Shown here: positions 50,740 to 64,000 of the stretch, piece after piece
How the letters are laid out: every line of letters begins with the position of its first letter
How positions within the stretch are numbered: position 1 is the stretch's first letter
DNA from: Octopus bimaculoides
Taxonomy: Eukaryota
Assembly (NCBI RefSeq): GCF_001194135.2
Contig: NC_068988.1
Coordinates: 93,183,306-93,247,305 of the forward strand
DNA: 64,000 bases
Direction of reading: 5' to 3'
The notes under the pieces: generated by a model
The model's input: only the letters and a program-made list of their open reading frames with translations
What the model was told of the DNA's origin: nothing
Databases searched by the model: none
Translations under genes and position numbers: made by a program

Positions 50740-50970
50740 TGCAACCCGTCTGGCCCAGTACCGCCTGACTGGCCTTCGTGCCGGTGGCACATAAAAGCAC
50801 CTACTACACTCTCGGAGTGGTTGGCGTTAGGAAGGGTATCCAGATGTAGAAACTCTACCAGATCAGATTGGAGCCTAGTGCAGCCTCCTGGCTTCCCAGA
50901 TCCCAGTCAAATCGTCCAACCCATACTAGCATGGAAAGTGGACGTTAAACGATGATGATGATGATGATTA
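50740..50970 (+). mobile_element. RTE 3' UTR copy
   Basis: Same UTR plus (GAT)n tail. Confidence 0.8.
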
Positions 50971-51714
50971 AATCTTCATACATGTAATTTTCCTTCCTCT
51001 TTATTATTAATGAAGGGGCTCGCCTGTCACACATTTATCCTCCTCCTCCTCCTCCTTAATTTCATGGTGGGAGAATGAGCAAGGCCAGATGATGTTGTCC
51101 CTACAATGTCTGACTCCCCAGCTTTACTCACCAGGGTTAGGTCTCTCTGAGGCTATGATAAAAGACACTTAATCGAGGTGACATGCAGTGGAATTGAAAC
51201 CTGTACTTGTAGTTGTAAAGTAAACTTTTTAACTGCTTGGTCATGCCTACATTCATCCTAAACACCGCCACCCCTTCCCCACCCAAATGCCATCAAGGTA
51301 ATTTGTAAAAACTCATTCATTGACACACTGCAATCTTTCAGTTACAGACGTGATGTCTCCTCATTCAATTTAATCTATCACAATAGCAATGGCCTCTGAT
51401 CTCCCAAAATACTTGGTTGTAAACTATCTCCTCCCACACAGATCCACTTAATATACCCCACCCCCACCTATCTTTTCCTTTTATCATCTGGTCAGTATTA
51501 TAGTCGTATCCCTCTCACTAATCTCAACCTTAACCCTTTCTCTCCAGAATACCAATCCTTTGGAATTCCTTTTCCATCCTCATTTTCCATGCAAACATTT
51601 ACAGTCAGATGTGTCTGTCAAATTGAATATCAAACTTACCAGATCTTTCTCTGTCTTACATGGCCTGTGAAGTTTGTGGACCTTGACCCTTTGTTCTAAC
51701 TAAACTACATAATA

Positions 51715-51870
51715 AAATTCCAATGCAACAACCAAGTTCAACACAAGACACCTGAAGAAGGCTGGAGCGTACAACAGGTGAAGCATAGTGAAAACAGCAA
51801 TCAAGATGTGACCGCTATAAACCTTTTACATAGAATGAATTCCTCGTCTCACAAATGTAGAATTGTACAT
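51715..51870 (+). mobile_element. Older diverged copy of the hammerhead-tail element
   Basis: CAAGACACCTGAAGAAGGCTGGAGCGTACAAC...CAAGATGTGAC...AATTCCTCGTCTC...AAATGTAGAATTG; GAAAC core lost. Confidence 0.55.
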
Positions 51871-52324
51871 AACAGAAATACAAAAAAAAAACATGTGAAA
51901 TAAATGTTTGTCTTTGGCATTTGTCTGAAGAAACAATGGAGACTTGCACCACTGGTCAGTGTCTGAAGTGACCACTCCAAGCCTTAGATGAGAGTATGAA
52001 GATCCTGGGTTGCCCAGCTACCACAATCCCCTTATTGGCTTCACTGGTGTGGCTTAAATGTTTCAAGGGCAATATGTTGTTTGGTACCAGTTTGGCTGCA
52101 GTGTCTGCCAGAAGAGTGTTGAGTTAAATGTGAGGCTACTGTAGAGATTCCACTCCAATTTGTTCTTATTAGGTTCACTGTTTACTCCTTGTCTACCAAG
52201 AAAGAGGAGTTGTTTACTTGTAACAGGTTTCTTTAACTTATATAGGACAGGGTCCCACATAAGGTGGAGTCAGATGGAGTTTAATGAACTCAGGATTCAT
52301 GTCCTGTTAAAAGTCACAATCAAA

Positions 52325-53120
52325 TGGAATTGTAGTTGTGGCTGATGCCAGTGCCGCCTGACTGGCTCCCGTATTGGTGGCACATAATACGCACCATGCA
52401 TGCATGGGTCGTTGCCAGAGCTGGCTTACTGGGTCCTGTGCCGGTGGCACGTAAAACAACCATCTGAATGTGGCTGATGCCAGTGGTGCCTGACTGGCTC
52501 CTGTGCTGGTGGCATGTAAAAAGCACCCACTACACTCTTGGAGTGGTTGGTGTTAAGAAGGGCATCAAGCTGTAGAAACCATGTCAGATAGGACTGGAGT
52601 CTGATGCGGCCTTCTGGGTTGCCAGTCCCCAGTCAAACCATCCAACCCATGCCAGCATGGAAGATAGACATTAAACAATAATGATGATGATTAATGAAGT
52701 TCTTGGGAGTGATATGAGTGACAGTGGCCCTGTGACCAAACTCCAAGACATGCCCAGTGAAAAAGAAGAAATGAAAAAAAAGAAATAACTGAAGTACAAC
52801 ACTTTGGAAATCTATTTCTAAATGCTACACTAAACCATGGAAATATTTATTATTTTAATTATATCCACTCTTATTGGTACAATCTATAAACATTTATCAA
52901 ACCGTTTTTGTGTATCATGCACTGAATATTTTGAACTAGTTTCTGTCACTAGACTGGCATCATCATCATCTTCACCATCATCATAATCATCGTTTAACGT
53001 CTGTTTTCCATGCTGACATGGGTTGGACGTTTTGAGTGGAGACTGGCAAGCCAGGAGGTTGCACCAGGCTCCAATCTGATCTGGCATCAACCACGTTCGG
53101 ATGGTGCTTTTTACGTGCTT
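52325..53120. mobile_element. Two RTE 3' UTR copies, tail-to-tail (+ 52325-52690, - 52960-53120)
   Basis: UTR motifs and (GAT)n/(CAT)n tails. Confidence 0.75.
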
Positions 53121-54366
53121 TTTGACCCCAGTAATTTGTTTTCAAGCCTGCTACTTATTCTATCAGTCACTTTTGCCAATCTGCTAAGTTAGAGACTTAA
53201 ATACACCAATGCCTGTTGTTAAGCGGTGATTGGGGACGGACACAATGACACATGTCGATAAATAATTAATAATTAATTCTGAAGGAGAGAGAGAGAGAGA
53301 GAAAGAAAGAAACAACTCAAGTATTTTATTGTTACTTCATTTATGGCCGATGAGGGATGAAAGGCAAAGTTGACCTTAGTGGGATTTGAACTCAGAACAC
53401 AAAGAGAAACTGCAGCAGCAGACTGCAAATCAAGATGCTGAGTTGTCTTGGATTGTCTGAATGCATATGGAGAGAGAGAGAGAGAGAGAGCATGTGTGTG
53501 TGTGTGTTTGTGTGTGCACACATGCACACCTGTCTGTCATTGCACGTGTGTATTTATGTAAACTGAGAAGTGGCAGCCAAAAGGCTTTAAAACAATGCAT
53601 TGTCAGTTGTAACAGGAAATCCTGTTACCAGAGAAAGGGAGTGGAAGAGAGAGAGAGAGAGAAGGAGCTGTAATATTCGGTGGGTGTCTTATTCCGCAGA
53701 TGGACAAAAAGCAAAGTTAATCTCACCAGGAAGTGAACTTGCATCTTTGTGTCTGTGTTTATCTCTCCCCACCACCGCTTGACAACCAGTGTTGGTGTGT
53801 TTCTGTCCCCAGTAACTTAGCGGTTTGGCAAAAGATACCAAGAAAATACATACCAGGCTTAAAAAGAATAAGTCCCGGGATTGATTCGTTCAACTATAAT
53901 TCTTGAAGGTGGTGCCTCAGCATGGCCACAGTCTACTGACTGAAACAAGTAAAAAGATATATGTATACACACACACACATATAAACAAACATTCATACAC
54001 ATAGGCGCAGACATGGCTGTGTGGTAAGAAGCTTGCTTCCTAACCACATGGTTCCGGGTTCAGTCCTACTGTGGCACCTTGGGTAAGAGTCTTCTACTAG
54101 AGCCTTGGGCCGACCAAAGCCTTCTGAGTGTATTTGGTAGATGGAAACTAAAAGAAGCATGTGGGGAGAGAAACTGTAGCAGCAGACTGCAAATCAAGAT
54201 GCTGAATTGTCTGCAAGCTGCAGAAATCATCATCATTGTTTAACGTCTGCTTTCCATGCTAGCATGGGTTGGACGATTTGACTGAGGACTGGTGAACCAG
54301 ATGGCTAATTGCAACAGAATGGATATATGCCAGCCAAATGGACAATATGTATATATATATATATAT

Positions 54367-54770
54367 ATTCTTTTATTTGTTTCAGTCATTTGATTGTAGC
54401 CATGCTGGAGCACCGCCTTTAGTTGAACAAATGAACTCCAGGACTTATTCTTTGCAAGCTTAGTACTTATTCTATCGGTCTCTTTTGCTGAATCGCTAGT
54501 TTACAGGGACATAGACACACCACCATCAGTTGTCATGTGGTATATATGTTTGTGTGTCTGTATTTGTACCCCCAACCACCACCACCACCACTTGACAACC
54601 AATGTTGGTGTATTCACATTGTCGTAACTTAGCGGCTCGGCACAAAGGAACTGACAGAATGAGTAGTAGGCTTACAAAGAATAAGTCCTGAGGTCGATTT
54701 GTTCTACTAAAGGCGGTGCTCCAGCATGGCCTCAGTAAAATGATTGAAACAAATAGAAGAGTAAAAAAAA
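54367..54770. mobile_element. Two SINE 3' halves in inverted, near-adjacent orientation
   Basis: Minus copy about 54367-54540, plus copy about 54590-54770. Confidence 0.75.
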
Positions 54771-56404
54771 AAACATGTATGTATGTATAAACCCAAATGT
54801 CATAACATTTGAAAGCAAGTATTTTTGAAATCTAACAAGCATTCTAACAGGTCAGCTTTTACTGCAACCATGGCCCCCACCCAACCACCCTGTATTCACC
54901 CGTATTGTAGTATCTGTCATAGTTTTAGTGTGCAGGGTGCATCACTGCTGAAAAGAGGGCGACTTAATTGTTAGAAATGGTTGAATATCTCCCAATTTCC
55001 TTCGCTTTCTGCAAGCTCTGACATCCTTTTGCATATTGTTGCATTTTTATTTAAAACATTTTTTTTTTTGATATTGTTATTTTGTATATTTCTTTTTTGC
55101 CTCCACCCTTGCTAAAAAAAAACAAAAAACATATGCGGAAGCTGACAACAAAATCAGCAAAAATACAAATGCAGCAGCAACAACAACAATGACGACAGTT
55201 ACATTAATAACAATAAGTCGTTTTAGTGTATGAATATTAATCCGTTAATTTTATCTTAATATCTTCAATGATTTCAGGCCAATTCAAACAATAGTTAATC
55301 TAATTTTATTTCCACTTATTTTGATCTGCTAAATACCTCTTAAATATCTCTCACTATGCAAAGAGATTGGTCGTCACTGTATCATGCCACATTCTTAATT
55401 GTCACCAAATCAGGCCACATTTGTTTCTAATCAGATGAAATTAGTACATTAATAATGCCCCTTGTCTCCATCGGTGACAAAAGACTGGTATTTCGTATTT
55501 AGCCAGGATTTATTGAGTTCAATTTGTAACAAACTTTTAAGACTTTAAGCAGATTTTTTTCTTGTAATAGCCTTGGTAATATTATGAATGGAATGCATGT
55601 AGTTAGGCACCACCCATTGCTATCAGCTTAAGCATCTAATATTTTATTATCAACACCCCCCCCCCCNNNNNNNNNNNNNNNNNNNNNNNNNNNNNCCACA
55701 CACACACGTATTTATACATATTTTCTGCTTCCCAGTAGCTTAAACACTAAGCTTTATACCAATCTCTTTGCAAAATAATATTCTTTAAAATAATGCATAT
55801 ATTTTTCCTATTTATTTTTAATTTTTCTAGTTAATAGTATTTGAGAAAATCATTAGTTTTTACTAAAACTGTAATGCTTTTTAAAAATCTAAAGCTATTT
55901 CATGGAAAAATAATATATAATTTTTAACATTATTTATTGGGAATTTGGCAGGAAGTTGACAGAATTGTTAGCATACCAGAATCATTATCATCATCTTTGC
56001 CGTTTAATGTCTGCTTTCCATGCTAGCATGGGTTGGACGGTTTGACTGAGGGCTGGCAAGCCAGAAGGCTGCACCAGGCCCCAATCCATATGATTGGGAA
56101 GCAAGCTTCTTATCACGTCTATGTAAACCATGCATTCGAAGATAGAAACATATGTAACGGGTGTCTATGGAATATGTTGTTTAGAAGTCTGTACTCTGAA
56201 TATAACAAATAAAAAAAATTATAAATTGTTTTATGATATCCATAAAACTTCATCCATTGTCTGTTTTATGGTACTCATAAAATGGTACCTCCTATTGTCA
56301 GTTTTTCAATATATTCTTCACAAGGGGTATATCAATGCAGCTGAACAACACAGAGAAAATGTGAGAATCTGTGCATTGTGCAGCATTAAAATTCATTGCA
56401 TGGG

Positions 56405-56960
56405 TTTCAGACGTGGCTGTTTGGTAAGAAGTTTGCTTCCTAACCACAAAGTTCTATGTTCAGTTCCACTGTGTGACACCTTGAGCAAGTGTCTTCTACT
56501 ATAGTCTCCAGCTGACCAAAGCCTTGTGAGTGGATTTGGTATACGGAAACTGTAAGAAGCTTGCCTGTGTTTATATCCTCATAACTTAGTGGTTTGGCAA
56601 AAGAGACTGATAGAATAAGTGCAAGGCTTTAACCCTTTTGGCCTGGCTTGTACATATTTGTACCAGTCAAAAATTTCACAACCCAAATCTTTAAAATTTC
56701 CATTCTATGTGATGCAGTATAACACTGCTCTGGTTTTTTTGGTAAGTCTGTAGTGCCAGACGTATGATCGGAATGTCTGACACTATAATGACAGCTCAAA
56801 AGGCTCACATGCATACAACCGCGATTCTTGAGAAGAAATTCTGGGTTGAAAGGGTTAATGAAAGAATAAGTTCCAGGGTCGATTTGCTCATCTAAAATTC
56901 TTCAAGGGGGTGCTCCAGCATGGCCACAGTTTAATGACTGAAACAAGTAAAATATAAAGA
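56405..56960 (+). mobile_element. Near-complete abundant SINE copy with internal insertion
   Basis: Head GTGGCTGTTTGGTAAGAAG, tail GTGCTCCAGCATGGCCACAG...GAAACAAGTAAAA; unrelated segment at about 56635-56855. Confidence 0.7.
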
Positions 56961-57019
56961 TAATGCTAATGCAAGAAATTAATATTATTTATAATTAATA
57001 TTAGGTGGTGGTGGGAATC

Positions 57020-57345
57020 ATCATCATCATCATCATCATTATTGTTTAACATCCGATTTCCATGCTGGCATGGGTTGGAGGGTTGACTGAGGTCTGGAGA
57101 GCCAGCAGCTGCACCAGGCTCCAATCTGATACGGTAATGTTTCTATAGCTGGATGCCCTTCCTAACACCAACCACTCCAAGAGTGTAGTGGGTGCTTTTT
57201 ATGTGCCACCGGCACAGGAGCTAGTCAGGCGGTACTGGCATCGACCACGTTTGGATAGTGCTTTTTACGTGCCACCGGCATGGGGGCAAGTCAGTGGGTA
57301 CTGGCATCGGCCATGTTGAGATGGCGTTTTTTACGTGCCACCACC
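57020..57345 (-). mobile_element. RTE 3' UTR copy
   Basis: (CAT)n then UTR and subrepeats. Confidence 0.78.
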
Positions 57346-57814
57346 ACATATTCTCCTTGTTTTTTGTTCAAATTGATCAGATCCAGTCTCTCACACCTAC
57401 CCTATAATGTCATTTTAAAGATAAACCATCATATCATCAAAATCTCAGAGTAATGAGGTAATGCATGATTAATTCAAAACAACGTGAATAAATAAACATT
57501 ATATTTGACAGATTAATCTGAATACCAAAGGGTTAATGACTATGATTTATATGCTTTTCCAATTTATCATTTTTTTAAACTGGAACAGTAAAATCGGTTG
57601 AGCAGCAGACAAAATATCTAGTGGTATTTAGTTATGTTCCCTTATATTCTGAATTCAAATCACACTTAGTACCTATCAAGTATAAAGGTCGATACTATTG
57701 ATTAACAATTCCCCTCAAAATTGCTGGCCTTGTGCTAAAATTAGAATCATCTTCGTGATTATTGTTATTATTATTATTATTATAGGTGACAAAATGCTTC
57801 ATGGCATTTCATCG

Positions 57815-57925
57815 TGAAGGCTGGAGGGTATATCAGCCGAAACGTTAACAACAAACAAGATGAGGACAAAATATCCATCAGGTGTAAATAATGTAAATAA
57901 TTCCTCATCTCTTAAATATAGAACT
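57815..57925 (+). mobile_element. 5'-truncated copy of the hammerhead-tail element
   Basis: TGAAGGCTGGAGGGTATATCAGCCGAAACGTTAACAAC...CTCTTAAATATAGAACT; lacks an intact CTGATGA and the 3' strand of helix I. Confidence 0.75.
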
Positions 57926-58195
57926 ATATTGAAGTATTGTCCGTGATTGTAGAGTGTGATAGCAGGATATATTCCTTCTCCATCACTCAGTTGTAGAGAT
58001 TGTTTCAGATGATAAATATTTGCAGACGTAATCAAGATATTTTAAGCATTGTTATATGGAAATGATTTTCAATTTTGTCTGCTTCCAGTTTTCTACTCTA
58101 CATTTAGACATTTAAAAAAAAAATGAAGTTTTAATCTATTGTATGCAAATTGTATTAGTATTAAGCACACCACACCTCTATTTAATACCCACCCA

Positions 58196-58233
<38 letters not shown>

Positions 58234-58814
58234 GTATACATACACACCCATATTAAGAATGTCACAATAACCTTTCACTTTCAGTTCAGCTTTAGATCAA
58301 CTAAAAGTCAATTTATGTGTCTTGTTGAAAAAAAATTAGATGAAAAGCAGCGTTGAGCCTGTTCTCTGCATAAAATGTGCTTTATAAAATAGCAACGTAA
58401 CAAACATGTCCCTAGAAATGCATGAATGCATAAATGCATGTATGTATAGTAACAAAAGTGGAAAATGAAAAAAGAAAAGAAATAACATATAAAATGTAAT
58501 GTTAAAGTGAAATTAGGGCTGAACAGACAAGGTCTCCAGTTTTACAAAAAACATTTTGCAACTGCTTTACCCCAGCTTTGCAAATCTAATGTTAACCGAA
58601 TGGTATTAATTCACTTGTAGGCTGTTTCTATTTCACACATTTTACAGCATCTTATTTATATGTATACTGTACAGCTATTTAAATATAGGTTTAGTTTATG
58701 AGTCAATATTCCAGTTTGTTGTATGAAAGTGTTCAATATGTAACAGATGGCCAAGCAGTTATGGTGGCAGGTAACCAAATAAGTCAGCTGTTCATATCTT
58801 ATTACTGCGCTGTT

Positions 58815-59145
58815 TAGTGACGGTGCAGGGCTTAGTGGTTAGGATATTTGGCCCGTGATCGTAAGGTCATGAGTTCGATTCCTGGCAGTGCATTGTGTCC
58901 TTGTGACAAGACACTTTATTTCACATTGCTCCAGTCCACTCAGCTGGCTAAAATGTGTTGTACCTGTAATACAAAGGGCCAACCTTGTCACACTCTGTGT
59001 CATTCTGAATCTCCCTGAAAACTATGCTAAGGGTACAGGTGTCAGTGGAGTACTCAGCCACTTGTACAATGATTTCCTGAGTTGGGTGTTCTGTTGATGT
59101 GATCGTCTGGAACACTTGTCATAACCAATGAGATGCCAGTTGGTA
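58815..59145 (+). mobile_element. tRNA-derived SINE (CORE-like motif; body shared with the 32.7 kb family)
   Basis: GGCTTAGTGG, GTTCGATTCC, GTCCTTGTGACAAGACACTTT, then AAGGGCCAACCTTGTCACAC...AAGGGTACA body. Confidence 0.75.
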
Positions 59146-59229
59146 CTGCTCTACTGTATCTATCGTTGGGGTAATAAAGAAAAAGAAGAGTTACAAAGAC
59201 TGAAGCATATTTGGAGTTGACACCATATT

Positions 59230-59720
59230 TACCAAAGATTAAGAAGAGATCTCTGCTCTGACCCTTTTCTCTCAATCTTTACTCCTCTCTACTCAGAGTT
59301 CATAGTCGTACGAATTACAGCTGTGCCAACTTTGTCCTTCTGTCATGGATTCCCCTCAACTAACAGTGTCTTATAATAGCACTTCCATGACTCTTTCCAT
59401 ATCAACAAGGGTAAATATGCTGCTATCATTCAGCATATACTTCTCATTATCAATCTATTGATTCACTCTGGCACTTTGCCTTGCAATCTGTGACACCTTA
59501 TGTGGTCAAACATTCACAACTCTTATATTTATATTTACTGTCTCTTGTTGAGTACAACTGATGTTGAGTTTTTTCTTTTTCTAATTACTTGATATTTGTT
59601 CTCAACTGTCCCTTTCTTTCAATTTTTTCCTGGGCATCTATATTATCCCCTTATCTTAACTGTTCCAGCATCTTCTAGGCCTGAATCTTAGCTTTTACAG
59701 TTCTGTCTGCTGTTTCACAA
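59230..59720 (-). mobile_element. Highly decayed RTE ORF2 internal fragment
   Basis: Frameshifted IARQ..RVNQ..NEKYMLND...KESWKCYYKTLL resembles the RTE endonuclease-RT linker. Confidence 0.4.
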
Positions 59721-59814
59721 CCATATCCCTCTTCCTTCTGGTAGAATCCTTGCCCCAACCACAGATCTGGTTCTCAGCAAGTTGTCTCATGGCAACTTCC
59801 AGTGGTCCATTATA

Positions 59815-60185
59815 TTATAAGTCTCCATCACCTGTGCCCAGCGTCGCCTTCTTGGCACTTGTGCCGGTGGCACGTGTAAAGACATTCAAGCGAGATCGTT
59901 GCCAGTGCCGCTGGACTGGCTCCTGTGCAAGTGGCACGTAAAATACACCATTTTGAGCGTGGCCGTTGCCAGTATCACCTGACTGGCCCTCGTGCCGGTG
60001 GCACGTAAAAGCACCCACTACACTCTGAGTGGTTGGCGTTAGGAAGGGCATCCAGCTGTAGAAACTCTGCCAAATCAGATTGGAGCCTGGTGTAGCCATC
60101 TGGTTTCACCAGTCCTCAGTCAAATCGTCCAACCCATGCTAGCATGGAAAGCGGACGTTAAATGACGACGATGATGATGATGATC
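59815..60185 (+). mobile_element. RTE 3' UTR copy, young subfamily
   Basis: Close match to the 49.4 kb UTR, (GAT)n tail. Confidence 0.82.
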
Positions 60186-62054
60186 TCCTCCTTCAAATAA
60201 AATATACATCATATATTATGTGTGTGTATGTGTGTCTATATTTTATCCTCATTGAGCTAATGTACAGAATGGACATTTGATCATGGTAAACAAATCATCT
60301 ACACAGGTTGTTTAGCAAGAAATTGCAGAATCCTCATTTATTGGTTATGACAAGGGAGTCCACCAATTTTCTTTGCATTGTAATAAGTAAACAGCCTTTA
60401 TACTGCAGGTTTTTACCCCACCATGTGTTTATCATAAAGGGTTTTCCCTTATATTACATTTCAAATTAATTAATCAAAACTATTGTGTAGTGCATTATTA
60501 ATGAATTAATTATATTGTCAGCAAATGCACTTTTACACAAATTATACCGACCAGTTGGGGTATAAATAACTCTAAGCTATAAATACTTGTTTGGAGGGAG
60601 GTGCAATGGTGTTTCTTTCACTGATGAAAATATAAAAAGACTAGAAATTAGAGTGATTGCAAATTTTCTGCCCATGGACAAATAAAAACCTGTTGTATAA
60701 AACATTGTTTCTTTTCACAGTAAAGCCAAAAACAGACGCTTATCAAAGAAGGTATTTGAGGTTACCTAAAAATGCTCCAAAGCATGTTATTAATTAATTA
60801 GTGTGTGTATAAATAAGCTGGCACTCTATCAGTTACAGTTATGCTAGCATGGAAAGCGGACGTTGAATGATGATGATGATAGTGGTGGTGGTGTTTGAAA
60901 AACTTGGATTAACTAACATTATTCTGCAATTATTAGACAAAAAAATCTTCCAGGCATGCTTAAAAATCTACAAAAAAAAACAAAAAAAAAAAACACAACA
61001 TTAACCAAGGAAGATAACTCCAGCAATATCAGATAAGTATATGGGGAAATAGAGAGAAAGCCATGATGGAGGTTAAGAAGATCAAGAAAATGGTTTAGGG
61101 AAAAAGAATTAAGTTCATGTCTCACACTTCCAGTCACATTCTCATACCCTTTAATGAAGAAACAATCCCCTACCTATCTCTCTCTTTCTCTCTGTCCATC
61201 TGTCTATCTATCCATCTGTCTTTTCACTATATCTGTTTGTCTGCCTGCCTGCCTATCTGTCTGTCTCTACATATTTGTCTATTCATCTGCATATCTGCCT
61301 TCATATCTATCTATTCATTTACCTGTCTATTAACATATCCATCCCCCCTCTCTCTCTCCCTCTAGTACAAGTAAACAGTTTTATGAGAAGCAAAGAAAAA
61401 GCCGAAACAAAAGTTTCCATTGATTTAGTATCCATTTTTAGCCCACGCCTTGTGTACTTTTATAAACAAAGTTTATTTCAATCGATGTCCATTGTAACCT
61501 ATGGCTTCTTGGCCTATTTCTAACCCCAAGTGCATCTACGTAAACACATACACATACCTTCACACACCCACATACAATATCTATAGTTGTTCAATAACTG
61601 TCCAGAGGCCAGAAAAAGAAACAGACAATCATATATTAACTAATAAAGTGGATATATTATTATTATTTAAGCTGCATTAAAAATTTTAGTCTCATAACAG
61701 TGACATCATGTTACCAAATGGTTTTATGTTCAACAACTTTCCAGGTGTTTCATTACATTCTCCACACTCGCAAGTGGTGACATAGATTGACTGTAATAAG
61801 ACACACGTGTGTTTGTATGAGTGCTTACATTCTACACTTCTCATGAAAATCCTTGCATTATGGAGAAGGACATTGGCTGAAATTTACCAATCAGAGCCAT
61901 TCACAAGGCATCGACTGGTCTGGAGCTGTAGGAGAAGTCATCATGTCCAATGTGCCACACAATGAGATTGAACCCGAAACTGTGTGGTTGGGAAATGAAC
62001 TGCCAAACCACACAGCCACGCATATGCCTGTAACCTTATTGTTGGTCTTTTATC

Positions 62055-62252
62055 CTTTGCTTGTTTCAGTCATTTGACTGTGGCCATGCTGGAGCACTGC
62101 CTGAAATGGTTTCTAGTCGAACAAATCAACGCCCCCCCCCCAGCACTTATATTTTTGAATCTTGAATTTATTCTGATTTTTTTTTTTTTGCTGAATCTCT
62201 AAGTTACAAGGATGTAAACACACCAACACTGGCTGTCAAGCAGTGGTCATAT

Positions 62253-62292
<40 letters not shown>

Positions 62293-62450
62293 TGGGCTTC
62301 TTTCAATTTCCATCTAATAAACCCACGCACAAGGCTTTAGTCAGCCTGAGGCTATAATAGAAGACACTTGCCCAAGGTGCCACACAGTGGGACTGAATCC
62401 GGAACCATGTGGTTGGGAAGCAAGCTTCTTACCACACAGCCATGCCATTA
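62055..62450 (-). mobile_element. Full-length abundant SINE copy
   Basis: Head, (TG)n middle and tail all present on the minus strand. Confidence 0.75.
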
Positions 62451-62554
62451 GTACAAAACTTTTTAGTAAAGACTCTGTATTGTCTGATATGGTGGAGGGA
62501 TTCTTAAAGGGATTCTTAAAGGGGATATATATATATATATCATATATATCAAAT

Positions 62555-63065
62555 ATCATCATCATCATTTAATGTCTGCTTTCCATGCTAGCATGGGTTG
62601 GACGATTTGACTGAGGATTGGTGAACGAGATGGCTACACCAAGCTCCAATCTGATTTGGCAGAGTTTCTACAGCTGGATGCCCTTCTTAACGCCAACCAC
62701 TCTGAGAGTGTAGTGGGTGCTTTTACATGCCACCAGCACGAAGGCCAGTCAAGAAGTACTGGCAACGACCACGCTCAAAATGGTGTATTTTACGTACCAC
62801 CTGCACAGGAGCCAGTCAGCGGCACTGGCAACAATCTCGCTCGAATGACTTTTCACGTGCCAGGAAGGCGACACTGGTAACGATCACGCTTGAACGCTGG
62901 TGCCCTCACGATTTCGTTTTCGCTTGTCCCAACAGGTCTTCGCAAGCCAAGTTTAGTGTCCAATGAAGGAGACGTTGGCATGGGGGCCAGTCGTCGAATT
63001 TAGTTCGATTTCGATTTCACTTGCCTCAACAGGTCTTCGCAAGCGAAGTTTAGTGTCCAATGAAG
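62555..63065 (-). mobile_element. RTE 3' UTR copy with an approximately 62-bp internal duplication
   Basis: CGATTTCG...CAACAGGTCTTCGCAAGC.AAGTTTAGTGTCCAATGAAGGA occurs twice (about 62909 and 63006). Confidence 0.75.
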
Positions 63066-63072
63066 GAAAGGA

Positions 63073-63193
63073 GAAGGCTGGTTTATAGGATTACCGTAGG
63101 CTGCCCATCCATAAAGGGTTTCCCATCCGTAATACCATAAAGCTAAACCCATTATGGTTGGGAAACCTAAGGTAATCCCATAAACCAGCCTTC
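63073..63193. repeat. 121-bp foldback inverted repeat (MITE-like)
   Basis: 49-nt arms with 43/49 complementarity, 23-nt loop. Confidence 0.8.
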
Positions 63194-64000
63194 CCCATTT
63201 TTAATATATATATATGTTTATATATAACTTTATGTGTGTGTTTGTCCTCCACCACCACTTGACAACCAATGTTGGTGTGTTTACATCCCTGTAACTTTGC
63301 AGTTTGGCAAAAAAGACTGGTAGAATAAGTACTAAGTTTGAAAAAAAAAAAAGTTCTGGGTTTGATTTGTTCAAGTAAAACCCTTCAAGGCAGTGCCCCA
63401 ACATGGCTGCAGTCAAAAGGAGAGAAAAAATTTTAGCATTTTCTTGTGTACCTTGAAAGTATATGGAACACTTGTGAAATGGAAGTCAAAACCAATTCTG
63501 ACAATATTTGATCTTAGAATAATAAAACAAAAATAGTGAAAAACATATCGTTCATAACAAAAGCCAGATCAATACCATTAGAATATTGATTAAACATCAG
63601 ACCTCCTACCCCACTCCCATCCCATCTTGTATTCGATATCTGTGATAATGTACTGAAGGAGTTTCCATCAGCAATTGATCTGCTATCTCTGTGCCAGTGT
63701 ACATCTTATGAAGACTACTCAACAACAACAACAACCGTTCTGATAACAATTCTCTACTTAGAGGTTATTAATGATTGAAAAACAAATAATAATTTTGTTT
63801 TGTTTATGACTGATAGTTCTGCAATTAAAGAGATAAGCAGATATGATGATGATAATGATGTAAAGAAAGAAGAAACCAGTTTTGTTAACCAAGAATAAAA
63901 GGATTTACTAAGCCATTTAATTGTTTCATGAGTCAACAGGATGTTGCCAGGATTTTACTCTGTGCTTTCCTGTTCACTGTTTGTAAACAAGAGTGTATAA

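Noticed and set aside
51900-52320. Coding-like segment upstream of an RTE UTR
   Set aside because: Stops in all frames and no motif I could confidently assign; possibly a decayed LINE.

Overview
AT-rich, repeat-dense animal genomic DNA with 9 scaffold gaps. The SINE and RTE families and microsatellite load point to an octopus (inference; probably an Octopus draft scaffold). One protein-coding gene is supported: a 7-exon minus-strand LDLRAP1/ARH orthologue (CDS 26269->13592, 912 nt, 303 aa). All its introns are GT-AG and in phase, and it has a PTB domain plus a C-terminal AP-2-binding-type motif. The rest is transposon-derived: several tRNA-derived SINE families, two RTE-clade LINE lineages (one young), an R4/Dong fragment, Tc1/mariner remnants, a solo LTR with a 4-bp TSD, Helentron-associated (HINE/DINE-1-like) elements, and tandem arrays born from the RTE 3' UTR. 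The most interesting region is 38.9-40.4 kb. It holds a tRNA-headed SINE-like element carrying a complete minimal type I hammerhead ribozyme motif (40277-40322), and a near-full-length 5S rRNA + SINE tail + poly(A) chimera inserted into a second, decayed copy of that element. Nearly all ORF-track entries outside the gene and the transposons are microsatellite or N-run artefacts. Coordinates for exons, TSDs and tandem units were counted by hand; most repeat boundaries are approximate.
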